DNA of 63,997 bases, filler included, from Reclinomonas americana ATCC 50394 (Eukaryota), in assembly GCA_048213135.1 (NCBI GenBank). It is 11 parts of 6 records of this genome, joined end to end, with 100 filler letters (N's around TTAATTAATTAA, not from the genome) between each part and the next. Parts side by side here need not be neighbours in the genome. Positions count along the whole stretch, not along the records: positions 36,177 to 50,306 come from PS015746.1; positions 50,407 to 55,055 come from PS015746.1; positions 55,156 to 57,387 come from PS015746.1; positions 57,488 to 59,162 come from PS015747.1; positions 59,263 to 60,674 come from PS015747.1; 6 more parts are not named here. One strand, given 5' to 3'. The notes beneath the pieces are model-generated. The model worked only from the letters and a program-made list of their open reading frames with translations, ran no database searches and was not told the DNA's origin. Below are positions 46,069-59,847 of the stretch, piece by piece. A program made the position numbers and the translations under genes. Position 1 is the stretch's first letter; the number at the start of each line of letters is the position of its first letter.

Positions 46069-46384
46069 NNNNNNNNNNNNNNNNNNNNAGAGAGAGAGAG
46101 AGAGATTGAAATTGAGATTGTAAGAATGAGAGCGCGACTGGAAGGGGAACGAGGGAGAAGTGACGTGCGGGAAGAGAGAGGGGGAGAGTGAGAGACAAAC
46201 ACAGACACAGCAACGGGAACGCACGACAGATAACAGACGCAGTGACTGAGACATTGAGCAGAGACAGCCACAGAAGACAAGGAAGAGACAGACGCAAGCA
46301 CAGCGAGAGAACGTGGCAGAGCACGAGTGCACGATCTCGAAAGATAATACGAGAGACACAGCGTGTCAACATCTGCAAACGCAC

Positions 46385-46927
46385 CCAGCCCACAGGAATC
46401 CATCGCCAAACGAGTGAATCGGCGTGGTAATGCTTCCGGGCTCGGCTTGGCGATCGGGAGCGTTGACGCAGAAGATCTGCGGCGCGATGAGCGGATGCCT
46501 CGACAAAGAGACAGAAGCACACGAGATGTTACGCAACAAACATCAAGAAACTCCACAGACGGTAAAACGCCTGCGGTGAATCAATGGCCACAATACGATC
46601 GGGGGCGTTGATGCCGCCCCAGTGCGTTGCCACCTCGCGCACGGTCATCTGCAGGCGCTGCAGGGCGGCTTGCGCGGCGGACGAGTCGCCGCGGGGAAGG
46701 TACAGGTTCACTGCGGGTGGGGGAAGGGGGAAGGGAGAGGGAAAGAGAAGGGAGTGAGAGAGAGGGAAGGGAGAGGAAGGGAAATACAGGACGGGGAGAA
46801 GAAGAGAAGGGAGAGGGCGGGAGAGAATAGCACAGGAACAAGAGAAGAGAATAAAGGAGGCAGAAGGAGAGGAGGGGAGAAGAGAGAGGGAGTGGGGCAG
46901 GGGAATGGGAGAGCAAGAGAGACAGAC

Positions 46928-47012
<85 letters not shown>

Positions 47013-50000
47013 GACGAACGAAACGNNNNNNNNNNNNNNNNNNNNNNNNNNNNNNNNNNNNNNNNNNNNNNNNNNNNNNNNNNNNNNNNNNNNNNNNNNN
47101 NNNNNNNNNNNNNNNNNNNNNNNNNNNNNNNNNNNNNNNNNNNNNNNNNNNNNNNNNNNNNNNNNNNNNNNNNNNNNNNNNNNNNNNNNNNNNNNNNNNN
47201 NNNNNNNNNNNNNNNNNNNNNNNNNNNNNNNNNNNNNNNNNNNNNNNNNNNNNNNNNNNNNNNNNNNNNNNNNNNNNNNNNNNNNNNNNNNNNNNNNNNN
47301 NNNNNNNNNNNNNNNNNNNNNNNNNNNNNNNNNNNNNNNNNNNNNNNNNNNNNNNNNNNNNNNNNNNNNNNNNNNNNNNNNNNNNNNNNNNNNNNNNNNN
47401 NNNNNNNNNNNNNNNNNNNNNNNNNNNNNNNNNNNNNNNNNNNNNNNNNNNNNNNNNNNNNNNNNNNNNNNNNNNNNNNNNNNNNNNNNNNNNNNNNNNN
47501 NNNNNNNNNNNNNNNNNNNNNNNNNNATAGAGAGGAAAGGAAGGGAGAAGGGACAAAGAGAGGGAAGGTGAAACGGAGAGAAGGGTAAGAAGGAGAAAGG
47601 AGCGAAGAAAGAGAGGGAAAGGGAAAGAGAGCGAGAAAAAGAGAAAGTGAGAAAGAATTAAAGTAAAGAAAACAAGAAACCAAAAACTCTGGCGACCGAC
47701 AAAGGAGGACACGCGAATGCAGCAAAGAGAGAGAGAGAGAGAGAGAGAGAGCAAGCGAGAGAAGGGGTATTGAGACAAAAAGGAAAATTACTGAACGAGA
47801 CCGACAGTGTGACAGAATTAAGAACAGCCATATCCGAGAATGAGTCGCACCTGCCGCAGCAAAAGTGGCGACCGGCAGCTTGACCGACGCCGGCAGACCG
47901 CCCTTGAGCTCGGCAATAAACGGACCCATGCTGCTCGCCATCTGCAAGCGAGAAAAACAATGAATATCGATTCTCACTCTACCTCCCACGGACATGCAGG
48001 CGTACCGTCTGCGACACGTAGTTTGTGGTGTCGTTGAGGACCAGCGCAAAGGTCGACGGCTTCATGATGCGAATCAGCGACACCATGTGCTCGTAGCCAA
48101 AGTACGTCGAGCGCTGCTGGATGATGCTGCTGAAAGCGTCCTTGAAGGCCTGTGCTCAGAGAATAAGCGAGTGAGCACGAATGAAAACAGCAGCCTTCTC
48201 TCACTCCCTCTCACCTTCGTGCCATACATGTACATGGACTGCAGGCGCTGCACACGAGAGCGCTTGTAGTCGGCGTTGGTGGAGGTGCGCACAAAGCGCT
48301 GCGTGTCGGTGTTGTAGGCGAAGCACGGGAAGATGTCTTGCACCAGCTCAAAGTACACCTGATCGAACAAGGCACAGAGTCAACTTTCAAGCACGCAACG
48401 CACCCATCAACCCCCTGCACAGGAACGCAACATGGCGGGAGATGCGCGTGTCAAACGCCACCAGCGACACGCCCTCATTGGCCTCGCTCATAATGTCCTC
48501 CCACGGATCCATGGTCGGCAGCTCCTCTCGCAGCGCAGCGTGCGTCAGTCGCAGAGTGGTCAGCAGCGATTCAAATTCCTGTATAGACAAAGTGAGGGAT
48601 CAATTACATACACACACACACGACCGCAAAAGCAGGGTACAAACGCACGTGGATCTGGCACAAATCGCGAGCCTCAAAGAGCGTAATGAGCTCGTCGAGG
48701 TTGTTGCGGATTTCGTAGTTGAGGCGCTGCGTGAGCAGGGCGTGCAGATCGACGGTTCGGCCCAGCAGCTGCGCGTGTCGCTGGCACATGAGGATACCGT
48801 AGCGGCTGCGCGGCGGCAGGAGGCGCGTCGGGCGCATCTTGCCCTTCTTGATCTGCTCACGGGCGCGCAGGCGTGCTTCCTCGATGCCCAGCAGGCGGTA
48901 GTATTTGTCGAGAAGGATGCTGCGAGGGGAAGGGGATGCGAGGGGAAGGGATGAGGAGGGATAAGGGGGCAAGGGAGGGAGGGAAGGGAGAGCGAAAGAT
49001 ACGGAGAAGGGACGAAAGATAGGAGGACAGACAACAAAAATGACTGAACGATGGCGAGGTGCAGACAGGCGGATAAACCACAACCAGGAGTGCGTGTGAG
49101 AGAGAAAGAGAGAGTGGAAGGGATGGAGAGAGGAAGGAGAGAGTGAGCGACACGGAGTAGGGACGAATGAACAGAGGACAAACAACAAAAAAAGAGGTGG
49201 AGACAAGTGATAAATCGCAACCAGGCGATAGAGGCAGTGAGTGAGCGAGTGTGTGTGTATGCACAGAGAGAGATACAGAGAGAGAAACACACACAGACAC
49301 TAAGAACACGTCGCAATAGACGATGAGAAAGAGAGACGGCGAAAAACAGTGTGCACAAGCTGACTGGACGACGCACTGACAGACGGCGAGGCAGACAATC
49401 AGAGAGAAGGACAGAGGCACACACAAAACAAACAAGCACAGACACACCCCACGCCGGCTCTTCATCTGCTCTTCGCTATCAATCCCCTGCACGCTCACCT
49501 CGCCGCATGAATCTTGGCATTGGTGAGCACCTGCTCCGTGAGGCGGAAAATGAACTGCTCAAACACCAGGTTGAACTCGGCCTCGATTTCGTCAAACAGG
49601 AAGCGACGCTTCAGCGAGTGGAGTGCGCGGGAGGCGGCATCGTTGTAGACGTCGAACAGGTACAACATGGACTCCATGCCCGCAGCGTCGCGGCGATCCA
49701 ACACCGTGCGACCGAGGACCCACGGCGGCGACATGTCAATGGGGAACTAGGACACGGAGGGGTCAGCCGTGCAAGACAGAATGATTTCGGGGGTCTCTTT
49801 CGCTCACCTGAATCACTTTGGCCACCTCCAAAAAGAACTCGCGGTACCACATCTCGGCCAGATCGCCAATCTCACGAACCGTGCCTGTCACGAGTGTGAA
49901 GGGTGTGAGAGAACGAACGTGTAAAGATGACGGCAGAGTCCTCTCCGTCGCAACTGTCAAACGCCAACAGGTACGGGAAGTAGCGGCTCTTGTCGTAGTA

Positions 50001-50406
50001 CTCCGACATCTCCTCCACGAACTTGGACTTCCAGTCGTTGGACGAGAAAATGCCACTCTTGCGCTGGCCCGGATTGCGGTCGGTGAAGAGCGTGCTCAGC
50101 AGCGCGCGGATGAGGAACAGCTGCGAAAGTGGGCAATGAGAAGGTTGAGGAAAGGGGGAAGAAAAGGGAAGGGAGAGGGAAGAGAGGGGGAAGGGGAAGG
50201 GGAAGGGAAGGAGAAATGATGGTGCAGGAAATAAAAAGTAGTAGCAAGGTGACAAAGAGAATGACAAAAAACAGCCCGCAAAAATGAGGGCGAAATGCCA
50301 GAGGAGNNNNNNNNNNNNNNNNNNNNNNNNNNNNNNNNNNNNNNNNNNNNTTAATTAATTAANNNNNNNNNNNNNNNNNNNNNNNNNNNNNNNNNNNNNN
50401 NNNNNN

Positions 50407-50440
<34 letters not shown>

Positions 50441-53073
50441 CACGGAGGAAGAAGGGAAGCAAAGGAAGAGAACGAGCGAGAGCTGCTTGTGTTACATAGT
50501 GTTCATGAGGGCGAGAAGCGAGAAGAGAGACAAAAACAACTGAGGAACTTGGTGAGGGACGGGAAATGAGAGCGAGGAAGCAAGCAGGAGCAGCGAAAAC
50601 GACTGACGACGGCCTTCTCTTTTGCCATGCAACAGGAACAATCCTCAGTCGTTCGTGCTCCTTTTGCATCTCTTTCATTCTTTCTACCACCCTTCACGTC
50701 TATCTCCCACTTTCCTCACTCGAATGTCCTCTAAACCTCTCATTTTCGCCCTCACTGTGCAATATAGCAACAGGAAAAAAAAAAGAGAGAAGACAGACAG
50801 AAGAGAGTATTTCCGCGCACAATCACATTCTTGGCAAGAAGAATTGTGAGGACAAGAAGAGGACAAGACAGAAACCAGTAGAGAGAAATAGAGTTCGCCT
50901 GCAGTCGCGCTGGCCTTGTCCCCTCACAACTCTATCCTCTTTCCCCTCTTCCTCTTCCTGTCCCTTTCCCTTTTTCCCTATCACAAACCTGCGTGGCCGA
51001 CGGCGCAACCCAGCGATTCGGCACCGGCGGCAGCGACTCCACTGGACTCTTCTTCAGATCCTTGCCTTGCAACGCGAGATCCTGGCCCGGCTCCTGGCCC
51101 TGCAGCCAATCGGCGCCCACTTGCCGCAAGTACTGCAAGAGCATGAGATTCGCGGCATCCTTGTGCTTCTTCTTCGAGCGCAGCATGTCACGCATGGTGA
51201 ACTGCAAAAAGTCCTGCGTCAAGTGGTGTGCGTAGAAGCGGAACGGCGCGCCGAGCATGCCCGAGTGGCGGTGCAGCAGGCCTGTGGGCGGGTGGTTAGA
51301 CGTGAAAAATGACGAGAGGGAGTGAGTACGTACCCTGAAGGCTCTTGATCATGGAGATCACGTCGACCATGGCGTTGAGTTCTTCCACGTTGTAGTTTTG
51401 TCCAAACACCTGCGCGATGGGGGAAAAGGCCGGATGAGAATAGTGCGTGGGATGTGAGATCACTGTCCAAGGCACGAACGAGCGCGTCGTTCTCACAAGC
51501 AATCGCTCATGTGCTCACACACACCGCCACATGCACCCTTCTTTCTCAAAACACAGTCTCATTCACACGCTTACTCGTCTCTGTCAACGCAAATACGCAC
51601 ACGCACTCATAAATCCACACAATCACGCATTCAGTCTTACTCTCCACGCGCACATGCATTCTTTCATAAACAGACAGATACGTGCAGGCAAACACGCGAT
51701 ACACACTCGCTCTCTCACTTCTTGTGCACACACACACACTTTCACACTCTTGTGAGCACACGCTGTCACCTCTTCTTATTACGAGCACGAGCTCAATCAC
51801 ACACTCGCATTCACTTTCTCTCTCTCTCTCTCTCTCTCTCTCCCTCTCCCTCCCTCCCTCCCTCTCTCTCCTCCTCCTTTCCCCTCGCACTACGCAACTC
51901 GGTTATACGCCGACGACGGCTCCTCTTCCTCGCCCTCGGCCACCAGCCGCGGATGCTGATACTTCCACGCCAGCTGCTCCAGCAGGCGGGCCTTGATGTC
52001 GCTGAGGACCTCCAGACCCTCGCACGACATGGCGAAGACACGCTCGCAGAAACCCATGTCCTTCTCGGGACCGAGCATGGTGCGTTGCTCGAGCTGCGCC
52101 CTCGTCAGCGCCTCAAAATAAGCGCGAGACCCACAGAATGCGAGGCACTCACCGTGTTGACCAGCAGCATGAACTTGGCGGAGTAGCTGTTGAAGGCGTG
52201 TCGCAGTGCCGGCAGGTGCGTCAGCAACGAATACCTGCGCGATGACGGTGGCCGGTGAGCAATGATCGACGGCAATGAACGACTGTCCAATCACAAACCG
52301 TTGCTCCACACGCCGCTCCTCCTGCGGATTGCTCATCACACGCCAGTCCTCGCTGAACGAAGGGCAGTTGCGGAGCACATCGACCACCGTGTACGACATG
52401 TCGCCATACAGCGGCACAATCGGTTGTTCCTGGAGCGGAAGTCAGCAAATGCACTCACTCGCCCTCTATTGCCCCAACGCACCCTGAACAACTTCTTGCA
52501 CCCGTCCAGCTTGCACTCGCGATCCAAGCGGAAATCCACCGTCGGCTTGTCAATCAGGAAAATGCAAAACGCACACACGCGCACAAAGCAGTGCTTGAGT
52601 GCGGGAGTGACAAAGCGACGACTGTCGTAGTTGTCCAGGCAGTAGTTGATAATGTCGGCGAGCACCAGCGATGCACTGCGTGGAGGCGAAAGAGTGAGTA
52701 AATAACTCACAGAGTGGATCAAGGAAGGATGGAAACAGACCCACTGATGCTGAGCGACGAGCGCAAGCCCTCAATGATGCTCGACTTGTTGGCCAAGAAG
52801 TGGAACTGATTCTCCACGTCCTCCATGTGGCTCGCCACGTCGACCGAGGTGTGGATCTGCGAGAGACACCTGGAGAGAGAGAAAATGAGAGAAAGGGTGT
52901 GAGGGACACACCGATAACTGTATCCTGAATGTGACACTACACACACATACTCACTCATTTACACATACACACTCACTCTCTCATCCACACACACATAGAC
53001 ACTCACTTATTCACACACACACACTCTCTCTCTCACTCACTCACTCACTCCCTCACTAACGCACTCTCTCTCA

Positions 53074-53104
<31 letters not shown>

Positions 53105-54344
53105 ACTCACACACTCACTCACTCACTCATTCACTCTCTCTCTCTCTCTCACTCACTCTCTCTCTCTCTCACTCACTCACTCTCTCTCTCTCGCTCACTC
53201 TCTCACTCACGCACTCTCTCACACTCACTCACTCACTACCCTCCCTTCCCTCACTTAACTCACTCTCTCACTTATTCACTCACTCACTCACTCATTCACA
53301 TACACACATGAGACACTCTCACTCATCCACACATACAAACCCTCCTTCTCGCTCATTCACTCACTCACGCACTCACTCACTCACTCATTCACACACACAC
53401 TCTCTCTGTATCTCTCTCACTCTCTTTCTCTCTCTCTCCCTCACACACACACCTTCTAAAGTACGAAAAGTCGTTCGACAGGCACGCCTTCATGTTCTTG
53501 AGGCGATCGAGGCGCATCAGCACGTCGAGCAGCTTGACCAGGTGCTCCAGCGTCATCTCCGACACCACCTCCTTCTTGCGATCGAGCTGCAAAATGTTCT
53601 CGAGCACACGTGCAAACACCTTGTGTGCCTGCGCCACAAAGGCCATCAGGCCGCGCACTTTGGCGATCTCCGGCTCCAGAATCTCAAAGTGGCCGCGGTA
53701 AATGGCCGCACCGCGATCTGTGGACTGGTCGGCGGCGCGGACTTGCGGGAGCGCGCGGGAACATGAGCGGTAGGTGTAGAGGAGGTGGCAGTAGTCCTCG
53801 CCGGATTGGAGGAGGTCTTGCTGCGCGCGCGGGTAAGGGGAAGGGATGAGTGAGGGGGAAGGGGGGAGAAGGGGGGAAAGGGAGGGGAAGGGAGGGACAG
53901 GCAAAGGACAATGAGAGAGAAGAGAGAGAGATACAGGAGTGACTACACAATGCAATCTCGGAAAATCAATGACCAACTGCGCTTCTCATCACAGTCACCC
54001 GACGCACACTTCTCCGCAGCAACCCACACGCCAAGCAAAACCTCTCTCACAGCAGAGAGAGCACAACAAAAGAGCGCAAGTTCGCGCGAAATTGAGCTCG
54101 CACACCAGCCACCCACACGCTCACTCGTTCACCACACACACAGCAGCATCGCACTCGCCATTGCCTCCTCTCCACGCACACACTCTCCACACCACACAAA
54201 CGCGCAAAATGGGGCGCGCGCTCTGTTGCACGCAACGATGATGACGATCGAGTTGAGTTCGTCGGCGATGCGGTTCGAGGCAAACGCCGCGCGGTCGCCC
54301 AAAACGGCAGCAACGCCCGACGCAGAAGACGGAATCACAATGCC
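46385..54344 (-). CDS. CYFIP: CYFIP/Sra-1/PIR121 subunit of the WAVE/SCAR regulatory complex (both ends and an internal part in gaps)
   Basis: LLYTYRSCSRALPQV, LDRLKNMKACLSNDFSYFRR, VPLYGDM, MWYREFFLE, QFPIDMS, FLFDEIEAEFNL, QRHAQLLGRTVDL, FYRLWS, FGDGFLWAG. Confidence 0.95.
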
Positions 54345-54443
54345 CTAACAGAGAGAGAAAGAGAAGGAGAGGCAAAGAGTGAGTGCAAAGTGTGTGCATT
54401 GTTGTGTGCAAAGTGTGTGCGAAGTGTGTGCAAGTGTGTGTGC

Positions 54444-54498
<55 letters not shown>

Positions 54499-54911
54499 TG
54501 AGAGCGTGAGTGTGCTATCTCTTTCTTGCGCGCACATGAACATATCTCCGCGCTTTCACATGCTTGTGAGTGCATGCACGCACACATACATACACACACA
54601 CACACACGCACACACACACATACACACATACATAAGCAGGGCAGAGACAGTGTGCAACACGCGAGAAAATGAAAGACTGAGAAGAATGGAACTTTTTGCA
54701 AACAACTTGCTCTCTCTCACTCATGCACTGTGCATGCGTGTATGCAGTGAGAAGGCACACACATGCACACACTGAGAGAGAGAGTGTGTGCGCGTGCGTG
54801 TGCGAGTGTGCGCGAGAATTGACAGTGTGTTTCTCCGCACGCAAAGGCGCAATGAGGAGAGATGCAGCACTCAGATGCACACGTGGTGTGTGTGCGTGTG
54901 TGGAGAGAGAG

Positions 54912-54951
<40 letters not shown>

Positions 54952-55206
54952 AGAGAGAACAGACAATAGACACACGCCAGAGCGCTCACTCACTCTCTTT
55001 CGTCTTCTTCCTTCCTTCTCTCTCTCTCATTATGCAAGTGCGTCCTTTTGTGTGTNNNNNNNNNNNNNNNNNNNNNNNNNNNNNNNNNNNNNNNNNNNNT
55101 TAATTAATTAANNNNNNNNNNNNNNNNNNNNNNNNNNNNNNNNNNNNNNNNNNNNTCTCTCTCTCTCTCTCTACTCTCTCTCTCTCTCGTCGTCTCTCTC
55201 TCTCTC

Positions 55207-55371
<165 letters not shown>

Positions 55372-55479
55372 CTCTCACTGACTGCACCCGATGCATGCGC
55401 TCATTCACATTCATCTTCCTCCTGTTCTACCTGGTCTTCCTCTTCTTGTTGTTGTTGTTTCATTTCGATGCTTTTGCAG

Positions 55480-56136
55480 GAGTTCCGCTCCCGGCTACAA
55501 GTCCTTCGAGGCGTTCTACCCGTTCTACATTGGTCAGCACAGGGATCCGACCAATCGCCTGCTGCATGTCGTTGGTGCGTGGAGGAGGAAGACAACTTGC
55601 GTTCTCTCCTTACTTCACACCATAACTCTTCTCGAACATGTGCTCTTCTCACGCCTGTGCTCTTCCCGAGCCTGTGCTCTTCCCGAGCCTGTGCTCTTCC
55701 CGAGCCTGTGCTCTTCCCGAGCCGGTGCTCTTCCCGTGCTCTCACCGCATTTTTTCCATTCTCTTCCCAGTCACTCGCTCTCCTCCGAACCTGTGCTCTA
55801 TCCCCTCTTCCCTCCATCTCCTTTCTCATTTCCTTCCCCACCAGGCACCACCCTCGCCATGCTCTCCCTGGTCTACGTCATCCTGTTCGGATCGGTGACC
55901 AGCGTGTGGATGCCGCTGGTGATTGGCTACGGTTTTGCGTGGGTCGGCCATTTTGTGTTTGGTTCGTCGCTCTCCACACAACTCCCCTCCTCCGTGCCGA
56001 ATTGCTCATCGCTCTCACAGAGAAGAACCGACCGGCCACCTTCAAGTACCCTCTGTACAGCCTCATGGGCGACTTTGTCATGGCCTACGAGGTGTACACG
56101 GGCAAGCGCCCGATTGACGAGCGCCGCCGCAAGTGA
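55480..56136 (+). CDS. DUF962 / Mpo1-like small membrane protein (5' partial, 3 exons)
   Basis: YKSFEAFYPFYIGQHRDPTNRLLHVVG...[31 protein letters not shown]. Confidence 0.85.
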   Translation, partial: [218 protein letters not shown]

Positions 56137-56379
56137 AGCGCGCTCCGGCAAGAGAGGGTGGGAATGACTACACAACTGAATGAGTGGTGCGTTAAATGAA
56201 CGACAGAAGCTGCCGGAGGGATGCGCAAGTGAGTGAGTCAGCGAGCGGGATTCTGTGGACTTGTGGACTCTAGCATGCGATGAGATTGTTCAACGAAAGC
56301 GAGCTATTGTTTTCCCCATGTTCACATTCACCTTTTTAATCACAAACACACGCTGATACTTCACACCCATCACCACTGT

Positions 56380-58465
56380 TCACGACTTGGGCGGTGAGAG
56401 TGCGGTCGACGATTGCGGAGGCGACACGAGACCGACTGGCTCACGCCTTTTCGCGTCCTGACACATCACCGAGGGCACGTAATCGGAGCCACCCGAATCG
56501 GCGCCTCCAGGCGTCGACAACAGGCTATTCTGCGAGGTACCGCCTCGCTGCGAGGAGAAAAGAAGAGAAAGTGAGCACCAGGAAATCGACTCGGCTCTTT
56601 GTCCCCAAAGACCGAAGACATCTCTCCCTCGCGTGCAGTGCCCGCAGCATTCTAAACTCAAGCATACAACTCTCTCACACAGTCGCGTTTGTAACCCCTC
56701 TCTCTGTCTCTCTGTCGACTCCTCTACACGACCGATGACATCCCTCTCTCACTGAGAGCTGCGATGTGGCTCGCACACCTGCAACGTCCTCTCTCTCCGC
56801 CCTCTCTCCGCAACGTCACAGTACCCATGCCAGCATCCTCGAAGCTCAAGCATACACCTCTCTCACACAGTCACGTCTGACACCCCCCTCTCTGTCTCTC
56901 AGTCGACTCCTCTCCATGACCGATGATGACATCCCAATCTCACTGTGGGCAGAGATGCAAGCTCGCACCCCTGCGCCATCCTCTCCCTCCGCCCTCTCTC
57001 CGCAACATCACAATGCCCATGCCATCATCCTCGAAGCTCAAGCATACAACTCTCTCACACAGACGCGTCTGTCACCCCTCTCTCGATCTCTCCGTCAACT
57101 CCTCCCCGAGGCCGATGACATCCCTCTCTCACTGTGAGCTGAGATGCAGGCTCGCACCCCTGCAACGTCCTCTCTCTCCGCCCTCTCTCCGCAACATCAC
57201 AGTGCCCATGCCAGCATCCTCGAAGCTCAAACATACACTTCTCCCACACAGTCGAGTCTCTTACTATCTATCATTCACCCTCTTCCGTGTGTGTCGACTC
57301 CTCTGCATGACCGATGACATCCCTCTCACTGTGAGCAGAGATGCAAGCTCGCACCCCTGCACCAGCCTATCTCTCTCTCTCTCTCTCNNNNNNNNNNNNN
57401 NNNNNNNNNNNNNNNNNNNNNNNNNNNNNNNTTAATTAATTAANNNNNNNNNNNNNNNNNNNNNNNNNNNNNNNNNNNNNNNNNNNNTGGCGACATGGGC
57501 GACGGCGAGCCGCCGAAATCGTCGGCACCATCCGGCACGCGCTTCCTGCCGTGCCGGCGGCGATTCTTTCGCGGCAGCGGTCTGGGAAGGCCGCTGGTGG
57601 GCGAGTACTCCACCAGAGGACCGCTGCTGGGTGAGAGGAGTAGCGAGTTGTCGCCCGGTGAATTCGACGACGCCGTGGATAGGGCGCGCGGCGAAGGCGC
57701 CGTCGTCGTCAGCAGGCTCGCACCCACCAGCGGCATGCCGTCGTCGCCCATGGTAGTGACCGACACGCTGAGGTTGCGTCGACTGCGCGACGGTGGCGGC
57801 GACGAGCCCGTATGTGTGGTCGCCGTGGTCGTTGTTGTCGTGGCCGAGTCACTGTTGGCGGGCGAACCGGGAAACGAGTCGTGCAGCATGTTGGCGGACA
57901 CCGCGGCGGTCAAGTGTTGTTGCAGGCGCGGCGGGAGTGCCACGCCGGGGATTTTGGGGGGTGAGAGGCTCTGCGCTGAGAGGTGAGAAAAAAAAAGAGG
58001 GAAGGGAGTAAGGAGGGAGAGATGAGGAAAGCACCGTTCTCCTCGTCGTGTCGCCGAGCGAATAGCGATGCGTGTTGGGGGCCGACATGACGGCCAGATC
58101 GGGCACACTCATGCGCGGACTGCGCACCGAGTTGAGTGGCGATTCGTGAAAGCCAAAGGTGGCGGTGCGCGACAGCGCTGCGGCCAGCGAGGCGTGCAGA
58201 GAGATACCGCCGTTGGGCGGCGAGCCGGCAGACGAAGACGTTGACGAGGTTGGTGTGGTCATGCCGCCACCACCTCCACCGCCAGCCGCCGCCGCTGCGT
58301 AGGAGACGCCGAGCGTTGATGGACTGCCGATGCGGCGGGCCGATGGTCTTCCTACAAGGGGGGGAAAAAGGACGACGAGTCAGGAAGATAAAAAACGGGA
58401 GAGGAGGGTGGCAAGGGAGCGACGAACCGAGGCGACCTCCTTCAGTGGCGGCCAGGCGTGTTGAC
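56380..58465 (-). CDS. Ser/Pro/Thr-rich low-complexity hypothetical protein (partial, interrupted by a gap)
   Basis: GC-rich exons with AG/GT borders at ~58465-58438, 58351-58036 and 57975-57488, and a terminal exon ending PPKS* at 56380. Confidence 0.55.
56630..57365. repeat. ~185-195 bp tandem repeat, about 4 copies
   Basis: CAGCATCCTCGAAGCTCAAGCATAC...GATGACATCCCTCTCTCACTG...GCTCGCACCCCTGC recurs. Confidence 0.85.
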
Positions 58466-58636
58466 TGTGGGGGGGGGGGGGGGGGTGGCGAGTGATGAGG
58501 ACGGAAGCGAGGGAGTACGCATGGGCTGATTGTCAACCACGTTACATTGCCCTCTAAACGTCCTCTCACTCATTCCTTCAAGCTCATCCCACCTCGTCTC
58601 ACGTTCCCCCTGTCTTCTTACCGCATCTCGCGTGCT

Positions 58637-58673
<37 letters not shown>

Positions 58674-59012
58674 CACAAGCGCACTGTGCCCTCTGCACTG
58701 TCGTCATCCCACATCTTCTCACGGTATCCCCTTGTCTTGTTGCTTTCATCTCGCTTCCTCCAGTGCTTTCTTGCCGCTCGGTCTCTCCCTTTTTTCATAT
58801 TCTTCTTAACCTCTCTCTCGCATATACGCACTGCACCATCTCACGCTTTCCCGTGTCATCTTATCATGCTAGAGTTCTTCCTTTGCCGTCTCCTCCAACT
58901 CTTCTTCTCCTTTCGTCACCCTCAACCACTCTATTCCTCCTTCATCTCGCCTCTTTCTGTGCTTCGCCTTCTGTCTTTCTTCTCCTCATTTCTCTGTCTC
59001 CTTATTCTCTTC

Positions 59013-59104
<92 letters not shown>

Positions 59105-59324
59105 CTCTCGTCCTCTCCTCTCCGGTACTCGTCGTACTCGTCGTCGTACGTCCTACCGGTCCNNNNNNNNNNNNNNNNNNNNNNNNNNNNNNNNNNNNNN
59201 NNNNNNTTAATTAATTAANNNNNNNNNNNNNNNNNNNNNNNNNNNNNNNNNNNNNNNNNNNNGTTGTCATTCTGTCCACGTCTCCACTGCAAAACTCTCG
59301 CACTCTGTGTTTCGCTTCTCTTCC

Positions 59325-59760
59325 TGCTTGTCGTCGTTCCTCCTGTCTGCCGTCGTTCCTCCTGCCTGCCGTCGTTCCTCCTGCCGCCTGCCGTTGTTCC
59401 TCCTGCCGCCTGCCGTCATTCCTCCTGCCTGCCTGCCGTCATTCCTCCTGCCTGCCTGCCGTCATTCCTCCTGCCTGCCTGCCGTCATTCCTCCTGCCTG
59501 CCTGCCGTCAGTTCCTCCTGCCTGCCTGCCGTCGTTCCTCCTGCCTGCCTGCCGTCGTTCCTCCTGCTGCCGCCATTCCTCCTGCCTGCCGTCGTTCCTC
59601 CTGCCTGCCTGCCGTCGTTCCTCCTGCTGCCGCCATTCCTCCTGCCTGCCGTCATTCCTCCTGCCTGCCGTCATTCCTCCTTCCTGCCGTCATTCCTCCT
59701 TCCTGCCTGCCGTCGATCCTCCTTCTGGCCGCCATTCCTTGAGCCTGCTTGCCGTCATCT
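59325..59760. repeat. Intronic minisatellite (CTGCCTGCCGTCRTTCCTC)
   Basis: Direct inspection of tandem units. Confidence 0.85.
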
Positions 59761-59847
59761 CTCTCTCCCTTCCCTCCCCTCCTTTCTCCCCTCCCCTCCC
59801 CTCCCCCTTTTCCTTCCCCCCTACTTCCCTCTCACCCCCTCCCGCAG

